A stretch of DNA of 64,000 bases, from assembly GCA_049964835.1 (NCBI GenBank), contig JBMFWW010000001.1, forward strand, positions 1 through 64,000, written 5' to 3'. The position numbers and the translations under genes were made by a program. This document shows positions 50,979-60,546 of the stretch, piece after piece; position 1 is the stretch's first letter, and each line of letters opens with the position of its first letter. The notes beneath the pieces are model-generated. The model was not told the origin of the DNA. It searched no databases and saw only the letters and a list, made by a program, of their open reading frames with translations. This DNA comes from Candidatus Micrarchaeia archaeon (lineage in GTDB: Archaea; Micrarchaeota; Micrarchaeia; Micrarchaeales; CABMGC01).

Positions 50979-51776
50979 ATGGGAATGTTAAAATGGATTT
51001 TTTTGATTGTAGCTGTAATCGGTGTATTTTCAGTTCTTTTTGTTTTATCTAAAAATGTATCAAGCTATAGTGTAGTAAAGTTTGATAATGTTGAGGTTTC
51101 TCAAGCTATTCTTTCAAATCTTAGTATACCAAATTCACTAAGTAATAATATAGGCATAGGTACCGCTTCATATTCTGTCATATCAAAGATTTCAAGCGCA
51201 AATGAATTAATGTTAAACAACAAGCCAGAGATACTATACATGGGTGCAGAGTACTGCCCTTTCTGTGCAGCTGAAAGATGGGCTTTAATAATCGCATTAT
51301 CTCGTTTCGGAACCTTTTCAAATCTTCATTATATGACCTCTTCAGTTACCGATTACTCTCCGTCTACTCCAACATTTACATTCTATAACTCAACATATAC
51401 AAGCAATTATATATCATTTGTGAGTGTTGAGCAGACAACAAATCAACCTGCAAATGGAAGTTATGCAAAGCTACAAACACCTAATGTTTCAGAGTATAAT
51501 CTAATGGCCCAATACGATGGAGGCGGAAGTATACCCTTTGTTCTTTTTGCAAATAAAAGTGTACTAATTGGTGCAACATATGATCCAGAATCTGTTTTAG
51601 ATGGTAGAAACTGGAGCGTTGTAGCTTCAGATCTTCATAATGCTTCATCATTGCAGGCACAAGCAATAATTGGTTCTGCAAATCTTCTAACCACACAAAT
51701 ATGTGAAGCCGATAATAATACTCCTCAAAGTGTCTGTTCACAGCAGTATGTTAAGAATATAGAAAAGCTGTCTTGA
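50979..51776 (+). CDS. DUF929-family membrane-anchored thioredoxin-fold protein
   Basis: N-terminal [23 protein letters not shown], cis-Pro motif IPF. Confidence 0.85.
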   Translation: MGMLKWIFLIVAVIGVFSVLFVLSKNVSSYSVVKFDNVEVSQAILSNLSIPNSLSNNIGIGTASYSVISKISSANELMLNNKPEILYMGAEYCPFCAAERWALIIALSRFGTFSNLHYMTSSVTDYSPSTPTFTFYNSTYTSNYISFVSVEQTTNQPANGSYAKLQTPNVSEYNLMAQYDGGGSIPFVLFANKSVLIGATYDPESVLDGRNWSVVASDLHNASSLQAQAIIGSANLLTTQICEADNNTPQSVCSQQYVKNIEKLS

Positions 51777-52210
51777 TGGAAAAGATAAAATTAAGGAGCG
51801 TAAAAGGAGCAATGTTGATTCTATCAATAATAGGTTTAACTGTATCAATATATCTTTCAATTTACCATATGCTTGGCATACCTTTATTATGTTCAACAAG
51901 CGGTTTGATAAATTGTAGCAATGTTATAAATAGCCCATTCGGTTATATCGCTGGAATACCGGTTGCAGATTTTGGGGTAGCATTTTTTGTTATAGAAATC
52001 GGCGTATTACTTTTTATAAGCGATCCGTTTGCTAAAATATTTATCAATACGATTGGATTAGGCTTTGTCTTCTATTTTCTATACGCAGAATATACTGTAG
52101 GCAACATTTGTGAGTACTGTACATCTGTACATATAATTGTTATATTGTTACTTATTCTATCTATTTATCTATTCAAAAAAGACAAAGATAGTAAAAGACA
52201 TATAACTTAG
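51776..52210 (+). CDS. Vitamin K epoxide reductase (VKOR) family protein
   Basis: C-x7-C..V..S loop, GIPVA..G, CEYC active site, four TMs. Confidence 0.9.
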   Translation: MEKIKLRSVKGAMLILSIIGLTVSIYLSIYHMLGIPLLCSTSGLINCSNVINSPFGYIAGIPVADFGVAFFVIEIGVLLFISDPFAKIFINTIGLGFVFYFLYAEYTVGNICEYCTSVHIIVILLLILSIYLFKKDKDSKRHIT

Positions 52211-52360
52211 TAAAAGTAATAAGAAAAAGTAATAAGAGTTACGAATAAGATTACAAAAACAAAGTAGTTAATTAAAGCAAAGCAGAGTTAAATCTCCATA
52301 TTTTTATTTAACTATAATTTTTGAATAATAAATAAATTACCTAATTTATTAAAAATAATT

Positions 52361-53632
52361 TCAAGTAATTGCTGTGCTATCTATCATATCAGTATTTTTC
52401 TCTTTGTTAGAAGCATCAGCATAAAAGAATATTCCTATTGTTTCTATAATATTTGTTATGAAAACGGTTATAAATATCAAACCAAGAACAGCATAAATGT
52501 CTATATTTAATCCGCTATTTATCAATAGTAACCCTATAATTATTGGGGATAATCCTCTGCCTACATCAAATATTGAAAGTATTCTCTCACTGCTCTTTTT
52601 GTTTTTATTTACAAAAAATTCTTCAAGTACTGGCATTGAGGCCTTTCTTATAAGAACTATTGCGGCAGTTAGCACCAAACTTATTGCAATTATATATGAT
52701 AAGGATAGAGAACCAGTATTAAAACTTATAATTGTACCTATATAAACAAAGAAGAATGTGCTTATGAAGAATGTTATCTCTTTTTGGTATTCATTAATAT
52801 GGCCAAACTCTACTCTGACGTTGTAAAAATACTTATCAAAGTTTTTAAAGAGTTTAGGCAGGTTTGCAAATATTATGCCAAACACAAAGACAGTTACTCC
52901 ACTATTTAAACCTAAGAACTGCGCTACTCCATAATTTGCTATTACTACTGTGATTGTGAGCATCCATGAGTATTCTTTGCTATATTCATTAAATGCCTGA
53001 AGTATAAATGTCCATACAAATGCAGTGATTACTCCCAAAATGCTAGATAGCACAAAAAAGTAAAACACCGCGCTGCTTATGCTTGATATTGAAAAGGAGT
53101 TTGTCTGCAATAACGCTATTAGTATTAAGGGTATTATAAGTTGCACTGAATCAGAAGCAACACTTTCAAATACAAGAACGTTGTTTAATCTCTTATTTAT
53201 TCTAGCTATCTTGCTTAATGTGGGAAATATAGCTGAGCTAGGTCCTGCTAGTGCAAAACCTATTATGAAGGAGAGTATAGGATTCCATCCTGTAAACAAG
53301 CCTATAAGAATACCTAATACTATTCCCGTAACTATGGAAAGCGGCAAGAAAAATCTGGTAGCTTTAAACAGCTCAAGTTCAGATATATCTATTCGCAATC
53401 CAACATCAAAAAGTATAAATGCTATGGCTATTGCACTAACTAGCGAAGCAATATCTATTAGAATACCACTACCTTGTGGTGCTATTAAGTGGAATACCGG
53501 TCCTATAAGTATGCCTATTATCATCAAAGGCAATGTTACTAAAATCTTTAGCTTATAAAAAAGTGCATTTAAGATAAAACCTAGAAAAACAACACCTGAA
53601 AAGATAAGAAATAAATCTGTAACATCAATCAT
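52361..53632 (-). CDS. Cation:proton antiporter (CPA1/NhaP-like)
   Basis: About 12 TMs; ILFDVG, FESVASD, FFFVYIG, RGL. Confidence 0.85.
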   Translation of the reverse strand: MIDVTDLFLIFSGVVFLGFILNALFYKLKILVTLPLMIIGILIGPVFHLIAPQGSGILIDIASLVSAIAIAFILFDVGLRIDISELELFKATRFFLPLSIVTGIVLGILIGLFTGWNPILSFIIGFALAGPSSAIFPTLSKIARINKRLNNVLVFESVASDSVQLIIPLILIALLQTNSFSISSISSAVFYFFVLSSILGVITAFVWTFILQAFNEYSKEYSWMLTITVVIANYGVAQFLGLNSGVTVFVFGIIFANLPKLFKNFDKYFYNVRVEFGHINEYQKEITFFISTFFFVYIGTIISFNTGSLSLSYIIAISLVLTAAIVLIRKASMPVLEEFFVNKNKKSSERILSIFDVGRGLSPIIIGLLLINSGLNIDIYAVLGLIFITVFITNIIETIGIFFYADASNKEKNTDMIDSTAIT

Positions 53633-55178
53633 GTTTGACACCTAAGTAGGCCTGACCTGTTATTCTAGGATCTCTATCTAATTCAAGATTTATTTTTTTC
53701 AATACATCAAGCATTTTTCTCTCTCGTTGACCAGATATATAAATATAAACCTCATCTTTTGTATCTCTTGCTATCAAAATGTATATATCTCCTTCCCTAA
53801 ACCTTCCTGTTCTTCCCCTTCTTTGTATGTTTCTTATCTCGCTAGGTATTGGCTCATAAAATATTACTGCATCAACGCTTGGTATATCTAATCCCTCTTC
53901 TGCTATAGAGCTTGCTACAAGCACATTGAACTTTCTATCTCTAAACTCTTGTATTATATTTTTTTGAAGCTCTTGAGTAACTCCTTCCTTTTTCCCTACA
54001 AATGCCTTACATGATATATCGTTATTGGTTAGGTACTCTACAATCATCTTTATGGTTGATCGATACTGCGCAAAAACTATTATACTCTTATTTTTATAAT
54101 GTATTATAATGTCTATTAATGCTATTATTTTCCCATGCTCTTCGCCTCTTTTTAATGCTTGTTCTGCTAGAGCAATTGCAGCAAGAATATTTTTATTTGC
54201 TAATATACTTCTAACTCCTCTGCTTTTATTCTCTTTATTTTGCATATTTTTCATATAAGTCAAAAAAGGGTAAATTCCCTCCGTAGTTAAAAGCTCATAA
54301 GCATGGCAAAGGTTAAGCAATTTTACATAACTAAAGAAGGCACCCATTCTATAATCAGAATCTTTAATCCTACTTATCTGATTTCCTGCATCTATCAATA
54401 TGCCCTTTGGTATTCTATCAAATCTTTTAAATTTTAAAAAACCCATTTTATTCAAAGTCCTCAAAGAGCCTTCAGCTTCTGGCGCAATTAATCTCATCAT
54501 GCTCTTTATGGTTTCTGTAGTATCTACATAAACATTATGTATATATTTTTGTTTTACATAAGCAGATACGTCCGGATCTGTAGATATTCTGACCTCTATG
54601 TTTTTAATTCCTAGAGCATCTATTACTGATTTAATCTTTTCTTTTTTGCTTCCAGGAGAAGCTGTAAGTCCTAACACTGTTATTGATCTTATATTGCACT
54701 CATTTGCAATGTATGTATAAGCGTACTTTCCTACTGCTTTATGGCATTCATCAAAGACCACTATTCCATAATCATCTAACTGTATGTTTGAATTTTTCAA
54801 TTCATTTGCAACCGTTTGCGGTGTTGCCACTATTATTTTGGCATCCTTTTCAAGTTCTACTCTCTTCTTCTTTGAGACCGAACCAATCAAAAGCAAAAGC
54901 TCACTTTCATTTAATTTAAAGGTTTTTTTAAAATTATTATAATGTTGTTCTGCAAGAGGCTTAGTAGGAGCTAAAAAAATTGCTTTTTTTCCAATGTCTA
55001 ATTCAAAAGCAATCATAATTATTCCTATCAATGTCTTGCCTAATCCTGTAGGCAAAACAACTAATGTATTTCCGTTTTTTAATATCGATTCAACTATATT
55101 TCTCTGATAAGCACGCACTTCAAGTCCTTCAGAATTAATATATTTATCAATAAAATCAAAGTAGTTCAAAATTTCCAC
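53625..55178 (-). CDS. Hef/FANCM-type SF2 helicase without nuclease domain
   Basis: RAYQ, LPTGLGKT, DECH, LTASPG, EEGLDIP, QRRGRTGR; ends at 517 aa. Confidence 0.9.
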   Translation of the reverse strand: MEILNYFDFIDKYINSEGLEVRAYQRNIVESILKNGNTLVVLPTGLGKTLIGIIMIAFELDIGKKAIFLAPTKPLAEQHYNNFKKTFKLNESELLLLIGSVSKKKRVELEKDAKIIVATPQTVANELKNSNIQLDDYGIVVFDECHKAVGKYAYTYIANECNIRSITVLGLTASPGSKKEKIKSVIDALGIKNIEVRISTDPDVSAYVKQKYIHNVYVDTTETIKSMMRLIAPEAEGSLRTLNKMGFLKFKRFDRIPKGILIDAGNQISRIKDSDYRMGAFFSYVKLLNLCHAYELLTTEGIYPFLTYMKNMQNKENKSRGVRSILANKNILAAIALAEQALKRGEEHGKIIALIDIIIHYKNKSIIVFAQYRSTIKMIVEYLTNNDISCKAFVGKKEGVTQELQKNIIQEFRDRKFNVLVASSIAEEGLDIPSVDAVIFYEPIPSEIRNIQRRGRTGRFREGDIYILIARDTKDEVYIYISGQRERKMLDVLKKINLELDRDPRITGQAYLGVKHD

Positions 55179-55254
55179 TCGTTTGTCATATTGTTATTTA
55201 TAGATATATATTTATAATATTTAAGTTGCATTTATACAGTAAATTTTAAAATGT

Positions 55255-55362
55255 GCCGTTGTAGCTCAGTCCGGGAGAGCGTTCGGCTGAAGACAAATCT
55301 TCTAAAAAGATTTGATAAATTCAGATACCGAAATGTCGTCGGTTCAAATCCGACCAACGGCA
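55255..55362 (+). tRNA. tRNA-Phe(GAA) with 34-nt intron (55293-55326)
   Basis: GCCGTTG/CAACGGC with A73; TTCGG-CT-GAA-G|A-CCGAA; BHB helix CTGA/TCAG. Confidence 0.93.
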
Positions 55363-55425
55363 ATAAAAATATCAAATAACAATAGGTTTTTATATCCTAA
55401 CCTTTCAATACTTACCGGTGCACCA

Positions 55426-56874
55426 ATGAAAATGAATATACTTTATGTATTACTTGCAATAATAATTCTCGCAGGTTTATATGTTGCAATAACTTATAAT
55501 AATACTATTACTTCTTCTAAAGTAAACACATCTAATGTTAGCAATACTTCAAAAACATCTGTTCAATCTTCATCTCAAACTGAGTTATTCGTTCCTATCC
55601 AATTAACAGATCCCCCACATGTTCCATATGGTACGCAGGCACTTACTATATCGTATTCCTCATTCGCAGTAACTGAAAATTATCAAAATGGAACTTCAAC
55701 ATTTGTTAATATAAATGAAAGCGGAAAGATAAATCTCATGACACTTACAAATCTCACACAGGTAATTGGTGGTGTTAACATAGTTTCTAATTCCATAATA
55801 AGTCAAGTAATGTTTAATGTAACATCTGCAGACATAACAATAAATAATACTAATTATACTGTTAATGTACCTAGCAGTAAGATAATCGCAAATATTAACT
55901 CTAAAAATAGATTGGTTGTATCTAACTCAAGTATACTTTTAGACTTTTCTCCTACTATAGCTACAATATTCACGGCTAACTCCACAGTATTTGTTCTTTT
56001 ACCTTCTGTTAAAGCTATAATAATAGGCAACTCTTCAATGACATCAAAAAATAATCAAAATATAGGTGCAAGATTCAAATTAAACGCGTCAGAAAGGCAA
56101 AGACTTGAAAGTTCTGTACCTAATCTTACTATCGTTTCATCATCACTTTCTCAAAGTAACTCATCTACCTCATTTTCAGTTACTGTAAAAAACAATGGTA
56201 ATCAGAGCGTAGTATTGAATCATATACTACTTTATGGTACAATAAACTCAAAAATAATTATAAACAATAATCCAATAATAAAAATAAATGCTTCTGCAAT
56301 AGGTAGTGAAAGAGACCATATTTCTATTATAAACTCCTCTTCTAATTTAGGTATCGGTGATAATCAGAAGCTAAGAGTCCAAACAACAAATGCTCCACCT
56401 TCTATATCTACTGGATTGAACTCACAAATAAACACAACGGTTTCTGTAAAGTTAAATACTTCATCTTCAGATAAAAGTAAAAATGAGAATAATTCTTATA
56501 ACACATCAACAGATTCAAGTCAGACTATTAATTCTTCAGTAATTTCTAATTTAGATCTTAATTCAACTGACAATTCAGAAATAAATGTTGAAGAGCACGT
56601 AGGCGTAAACCTTGTGAACTTTAGGGTTCTTAATTTCTTAATATCACAAAGTGGCAACTTATATCTTCCAAGCGTTTATGCCAGTGCAGATTTTAAATCC
56701 CCTGGATATATACTTTTACCGGGTAAAAACGAAACATTTACATTCAATGGAAACATAATTTTTGGACATGAGAATAGCGCAGTCTCAGCAGCAATAGTTC
56801 CAGGTAATAATTATAATATAAGAATAATTGGAGAAGAAGGTACATCAGCATCAGAAAACATAACAGCTTCATAA
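55426..56874 (+). CDS. Membrane-anchored surface protein, DUF4382-like N-domain
   Basis: ATG 55426 after GGTG; TM followed by VPIQLTDPP motif; Ser/Asn-rich. The ORF-track extension overlaps tRNA-Phe and is excluded. Confidence 0.75.
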   Translation: MKMNILYVLLAIIILAGLYVAITYNNTITSSKVNTSNVSNTSKTSVQSSSQTELFVPIQLTDPPHVPYGTQALTISYSSFAVTENYQNGTSTFVNINESGKINLMTLTNLTQVIGGVNIVSNSIISQVMFNVTSADITINNTNYTVNVPSSKIIANINSKNRLVVSNSSILLDFSPTIATIFTANSTVFVLLPSVKAIIIGNSSMTSKNNQNIGARFKLNASERQRLESSVPNLTIVSSSLSQSNSSTSFSVTVKNNGNQSVVLNHILLYGTINSKIIINNNPIIKINASAIGSERDHISIINSSSNLGIGDNQKLRVQTTNAPPSISTGLNSQINTTVSVKLNTSSSDKSKNENNSYNTSTDSSQTINSSVISNLDLNSTDNSEINVEEHVGVNLVNFRVLNFLISQSGNLYLPSVYASADFKSPGYILLPGKNETFTFNGNIIFGHENSAVSAAIVPGNNYNIRIIGEEGTSASENITAS

Positions 56875-56960
56875 ATTATAAAATCTACGGTAAAAATAAA
56901 TCTTCAATAGGGTTTTTAATCCTTGCCTAATAAATATACTTTAATATTAATGTGATAAAC

Positions 56961-57449
56961 ATGAGAAATAAAATAGAAAATAAGATAATAGCAGCAATGC
57001 TTCTAGTTTTTGCAACATTTGCATTTGTCGGCGCTTCAGGATTTAATCCTACTGGTGTGTCATTCTTTGTGATACCACCAATAACTAACACAACAAATTC
57101 ATCGCCATCAACTCATACAGCAACAAATACAATTACATCTAATACAATACCAAGCAATACCATTTCAAATAGTACAACTTCAAGCAATACAATCTCAAGT
57201 ACACCAAGCAACACAATCTCTAATAGCACAAAAGCAAGCAACTCAACTTCAAGCAATACATTACTAACAACATCAAATACAAATTCAAGCTCAAACGCAT
57301 CTTCAAAAGTATCAACTTATCCATCTAACACATCAAGCACACCAGCACCTTCAGGCTCAAGCAATCTTGGTATAATAATTGCAATTATTGTAATAATTAT
57401 AATAATAGTTGCAGCTTACCTTTTAATGAAGAAGCCAAAGACAGCATAA
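56961..57449 (+). CDS. Ser/Thr-rich mucin-like surface protein with C-terminal TM anchor
   Basis: Signal peptide, SNTIS-type repeats, TM followed by KKPK. Confidence 0.8.
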   Translation: MRNKIENKIIAAMLLVFATFAFVGASGFNPTGVSFFVIPPITNTTNSSPSTHTATNTITSNTIPSNTISNSTTSSNTISSTPSNTISNSTKASNSTSSNTLLTTSNTNSSSNASSKVSTYPSNTSSTPAPSGSSNLGIIIAIIVIIIIIVAAYLLMKKPKTA

Positions 57450-57561
57450 ATACTTAAATAGTTTTTACTTTTTTTCTTTTATTTTTTACTATTTTTACTT
57501 TGATTAACTAAATTTAAATATACTTATTTAATTTTATTCTATCTATTAACTCTGTGATTAA

Positions 57562-58188
57562 ATGAGCAATAAAGAAGGTAAGCATAAGATAATAGATATG
57601 CCAATAACATACGAGAAAGTAAGTACTCTAATGGATCAGGAGACTTACAAATGGCACCATGATACACATTACGCTGGATATGTGAATAAAAGAAACGAGA
57701 TAGAAAAGGAATTGAATACAGTTGATCTTTCAAAGGCGAATGTAAATTACAGCCAAATCCGTTCATTAAAATTAGAAGAAACATGGAATGCTAATGGACA
57801 GATACTTCATGAAGTTTACTGGTCAACAATGGCTGGAGATGGAAATGCAGATGCTTCACTGTCTATAATCAAAAAAATAAATGAGGATTTTGGCTCTTTA
57901 GATAATTTTAAAGCGGAGTTCATGGCCGTAAGCAAGTCAGGCAGAGGATGGGCAGTTTTAGTATACGACCTATTCAGTGATAAGAAATTAAGATGTGTAA
58001 TGTATGATTTCCACAATCAAGGTGGAATAGCTGGTGCATTACCTCTTATTGCAGTAGATGTATTTGAGCATGCTTATTATCATAAGTATGGTCCAGATAG
58101 AGGTTCTTATCTAACAGCATTAATGTCAAATATTGACTGGAAGAAGGTAGATGAAAAGTATAAAAAGTACTCTAATATACTAATATAA
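57562..58188 (+). CDS. sod: Fe/Mn superoxide dismutase
   Basis: HHDTHY.GYV, LHEVYW, DVFEHAYY. Confidence 0.94.
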   Translation: MSNKEGKHKIIDMPITYEKVSTLMDQETYKWHHDTHYAGYVNKRNEIEKELNTVDLSKANVNYSQIRSLKLEETWNANGQILHEVYWSTMAGDGNADASLSIIKKINEDFGSLDNFKAEFMAVSKSGRGWAVLVYDLFSDKKLRCVMYDFHNQGGIAGALPLIAVDVFEHAYYHKYGPDRGSYLTALMSNIDWKKVDEKYKKYSNILI

Positions 58189-58250
58189 CTAAAATAAGTA
58201 ATATGCAAAGTTTTAAATACTAAAAGTAATAAAAAGTATCGGTTAATTTA

Positions 58251-58835
58251 ATGAGCATTTATTCTTTAGCCTTATTTGATCCCTCTAAGTTAAATATAAA
58301 CATATGGGCATTTCAGTTTGTCAAGTCTATAGCAAATCCAGCACTAAATACACTTTTTTCTACGCTTTCATCATCTTTTTTAATAGTAATACCAATACTT
58401 GTCATATATTTATATCTTAAAAAGGACAAGAATGTATACTCATTTATAATTGCAGGGACAGTTTTTTTCATAGTTTCTGATATTATAAAAATGCTTACTA
58501 TGGAGCCAAGGCCGTGCAATGTACCACAATTATCCTGGATAAATAATCTTGGCTGTGAGAATACCTTTTCATTTCCAAGTAATCATGCCTCAGTTTTAAC
58601 AGGACTTATATTCTTCTTAAAGCCATATAAATATCTAAGAGTACTTTATTTCATATGGCTAGCTCTTGAGCTTTTTGGCAGAGTATATTTAGGGCTGCAT
58701 TACTTTACAGATGTAATAGCAGGCATAGCATTAAGCATAATCTTATACTATGTCCTAAGTTTCTATAAACCAAAAATAAATGAGATGTTAAATAATATAG
58801 TTAAAAAGATTGTGCCAAAACTAGCTCTGAAGTAA
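58251..58835 (+). CDS. PAP2-family membrane phosphatase
   Basis: K-x6-RP, SFPSNH, RVYLGLHY..D. Confidence 0.9.
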   Translation: MSIYSLALFDPSKLNINIWAFQFVKSIANPALNTLFSTLSSSFLIVIPILVIYLYLKKDKNVYSFIIAGTVFFIVSDIIKMLTMEPRPCNVPQLSWINNLGCENTFSFPSNHASVLTGLIFFLKPYKYLRVLYFIWLALELFGRVYLGLHYFTDVIAGIALSIILYYVLSFYKPKINEMLNNIVKKIVPKLALK

Positions 58836-58906
58836 GTGAAATGTTTTAGTAAATAAATAATACAAGTTTTTCATGCAACTTTTAACACGTAGCTGTAATT
58901 TAGTTG

Positions 58907-59689
58907 CTACTTTCTGCATTCTTCAAAGGTCTTTATTATTTTATTAAAGTATGATATTGTATCCTTGTAACTATTTACCTTTATACAATCAACTCCAAGC
59001 AGTTTAACAGGGTAATCATTTCCTCCCTCAAAAAGAGCATCGCCGAAGAAGAGCAATTCCTTTATTTCATAATTAAAATACCCGCAAATTCTTCTTATCC
59101 CATAAGCCTTGTCTATTCCCTTGCGTGTTATATCTATAGAGGTGCTCCCTCCAATAGTTATTTCAAATTCAGGTATGAGCATTTCTAAAATCTTCTTTAT
59201 TTTCTTTCTTTTTTCAAGATTTGAGTCCCAAATTGATTTGAGCTCTATGGGTGCATCTTGTCCAAGACCTGAATAAGTTATCTGTGTTTCACGATCATCT
59301 ATACTCTTCCCGAATGTTTTTTCTGGTTTTATTTTTGTTTCATCTAATACAGCATTTATAGCATTAATTATTCTTTCTTTTTCTTTCTCAGTAAGTTTTT
59401 CAGAATAAACCTCTTCCCATTCATTTAACTTATATTTATAAAATCTAGTAGCACATGTAGGGAAAAGATATATTCTACTTAGTGTTTTTTCATCACTTCC
59501 AATTCCATGTGCGAACTGTTCTGTAAACTGTTTATAAGTACCACCACCTATAACTGCCAAAGGAAGATACTCTACCAATTTTTTAATACACTCTGACATC
59601 TCATTTGTTATTCCCATCTTGCTTTCTGTGAGAGTGCCATCAAGATCGCAAACTATCATTTTCCTTTCTGCAATTTTAAAATCTATCAT
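58907..59689 (-). CDS. HAD-IIB hydrolase, eukaryote-type phosphomannomutase-like
   Basis: DLDGTL, DR..QIT, IGGSTSID, DKAY, FFGD...GGND. Confidence 0.87.
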   Translation of the reverse strand: MIDFKIAERKMIVCDLDGTLTESKMGITNEMSECIKKLVEYLPLAVIGGGTYKQFTEQFAHGIGSDEKTLSRIYLFPTCATRFYKYKLNEWEEVYSEKLTEKEKERIINAINAVLDETKIKPEKTFGKSIDDRETQITYSGLGQDAPIELKSIWDSNLEKRKKIKKILEMLIPEFEITIGGSTSIDITRKGIDKAYGIRRICGYFNYEIKELLFFGDALFEGGNDYPVKLLGVDCIKVNSYKDTISYFNKIIKTFEECRK

Positions 59690-59742
59690 GCTTATCTACA
59701 CTGTGTAAATGTGTGTATAGTTGTAGTTCGTGAAAGTGCGTT

Positions 59743-59879
59743 TGGGGTTGCCGGGATTTGAACCCGGACATGCAGGTTACTTCATATTTTTCAAATTTCC
59801 AGATCTTCATCACAGCATTATGCTCAAAGATTATTAAACATCTGGAGCCTGCCGCGCTGCCAGATTACGCAACAACCCC
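59743..59879 (-). tRNA. tRNA-Trp(CCA) with 64-nt C/D-box-type intron (59778-59841)
   Basis: GGGGTTG/CAACCCC with A73; GCAGG-CT-CCA-G|A-CCTGC; intron contains GTGATGA and two TTGA boxes. Confidence 0.93.
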
Positions 59880-59935
59880 TATACTCTTATATTTTTCCAT
59901 GCAAAGATATTAATACTATTTAGAGAGGTTAGACT

Positions 59936-60529
59936 ATACCAATAAAAGCTATAATTTTTGATTTAGGCGGCGTTGTAATAAATTTCAATAACTCTGGTTA
60001 TTACAAATACCTCTCTGAGGTTAGTGGATTTGATAAAGAAAAAATAGCAAAAATTATAGAAAATAAATACTTACAAGAGTTTGAAAAAGGCAAAATAAGT
60101 ATTGATTTTTTTGAAAAACAAATCTCTAAAGAGTTAAAAATTAAAAGAAGTGCGGTAAAATGGAGAGCTTTCTACGAACAAACTGTAAAGTTTAATTACG
60201 ATGTTGTCGAGCTAATTCAAGAACTCCATAAAGAGTTTATAATCTCTTTTCTTTCAAACATAGACAAAGTAAGATACAACTATACTAAAAAAATCCTTGA
60301 CTTAAACCTTTTTGATTTTAGATTCGTTTCCTGTAATATGGGTATCAGAAAGCCAAATCTCTTAATATACAAAGAAGTGCTCAATATACTCAAAGTTATG
60401 CCGGAGGAAGCAGTTTTTATAGATGATAGGATAGAAAATGTATTAAGTGCAAAAAGTTTGGGCATAAATGCAATTCAATTTAAAAATAGGAGAGATTTAG
60501 ATATTAAACTTTCAAAAATAATAGAATAA
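59936..60529 (+). CDS. HAD-IA phosphatase (YihX-like), apparent ATA start
   Basis: Unbroken frame IKAIIFDLGGV...LSN...GIRKP...FIDD..ENV..A..LG. In-frame TAG at 59930 and GAGAGGT SD precede ATA 59936. The ORF track captured only the last 63 aa. Confidence 0.85.
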   Translation: MPIKAIIFDLGGVVINFNNSGYYKYLSEVSGFDKEKIAKIIENKYLQEFEKGKISIDFFEKQISKELKIKRSAVKWRAFYEQTVKFNYDVVELIQELHKEFIISFLSNIDKVRYNYTKKILDLNLFDFRFVSCNMGIRKPNLLIYKEVLNILKVMPEEAVFIDDRIENVLSAKSLGINAIQFKNRRDLDIKLSKIIE

Positions 60530-60546
60530 AATATTTTGGTGTTTTT

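Noticed and set aside
55312..55425. N-terminal extension of ORF 55312..56874
   Set aside because: It overlaps the tRNA-Phe intron and 3' exon. A better ATG with SD and signal anchor is at 55426.
57545..57560. ATTAAC-TCT-GTGATT upstream of sod as a third suf-type operator
   Set aside because: Only 8 of 12 arm positions match and it overlaps the SD-like GTGA; too weak in AT-rich DNA.
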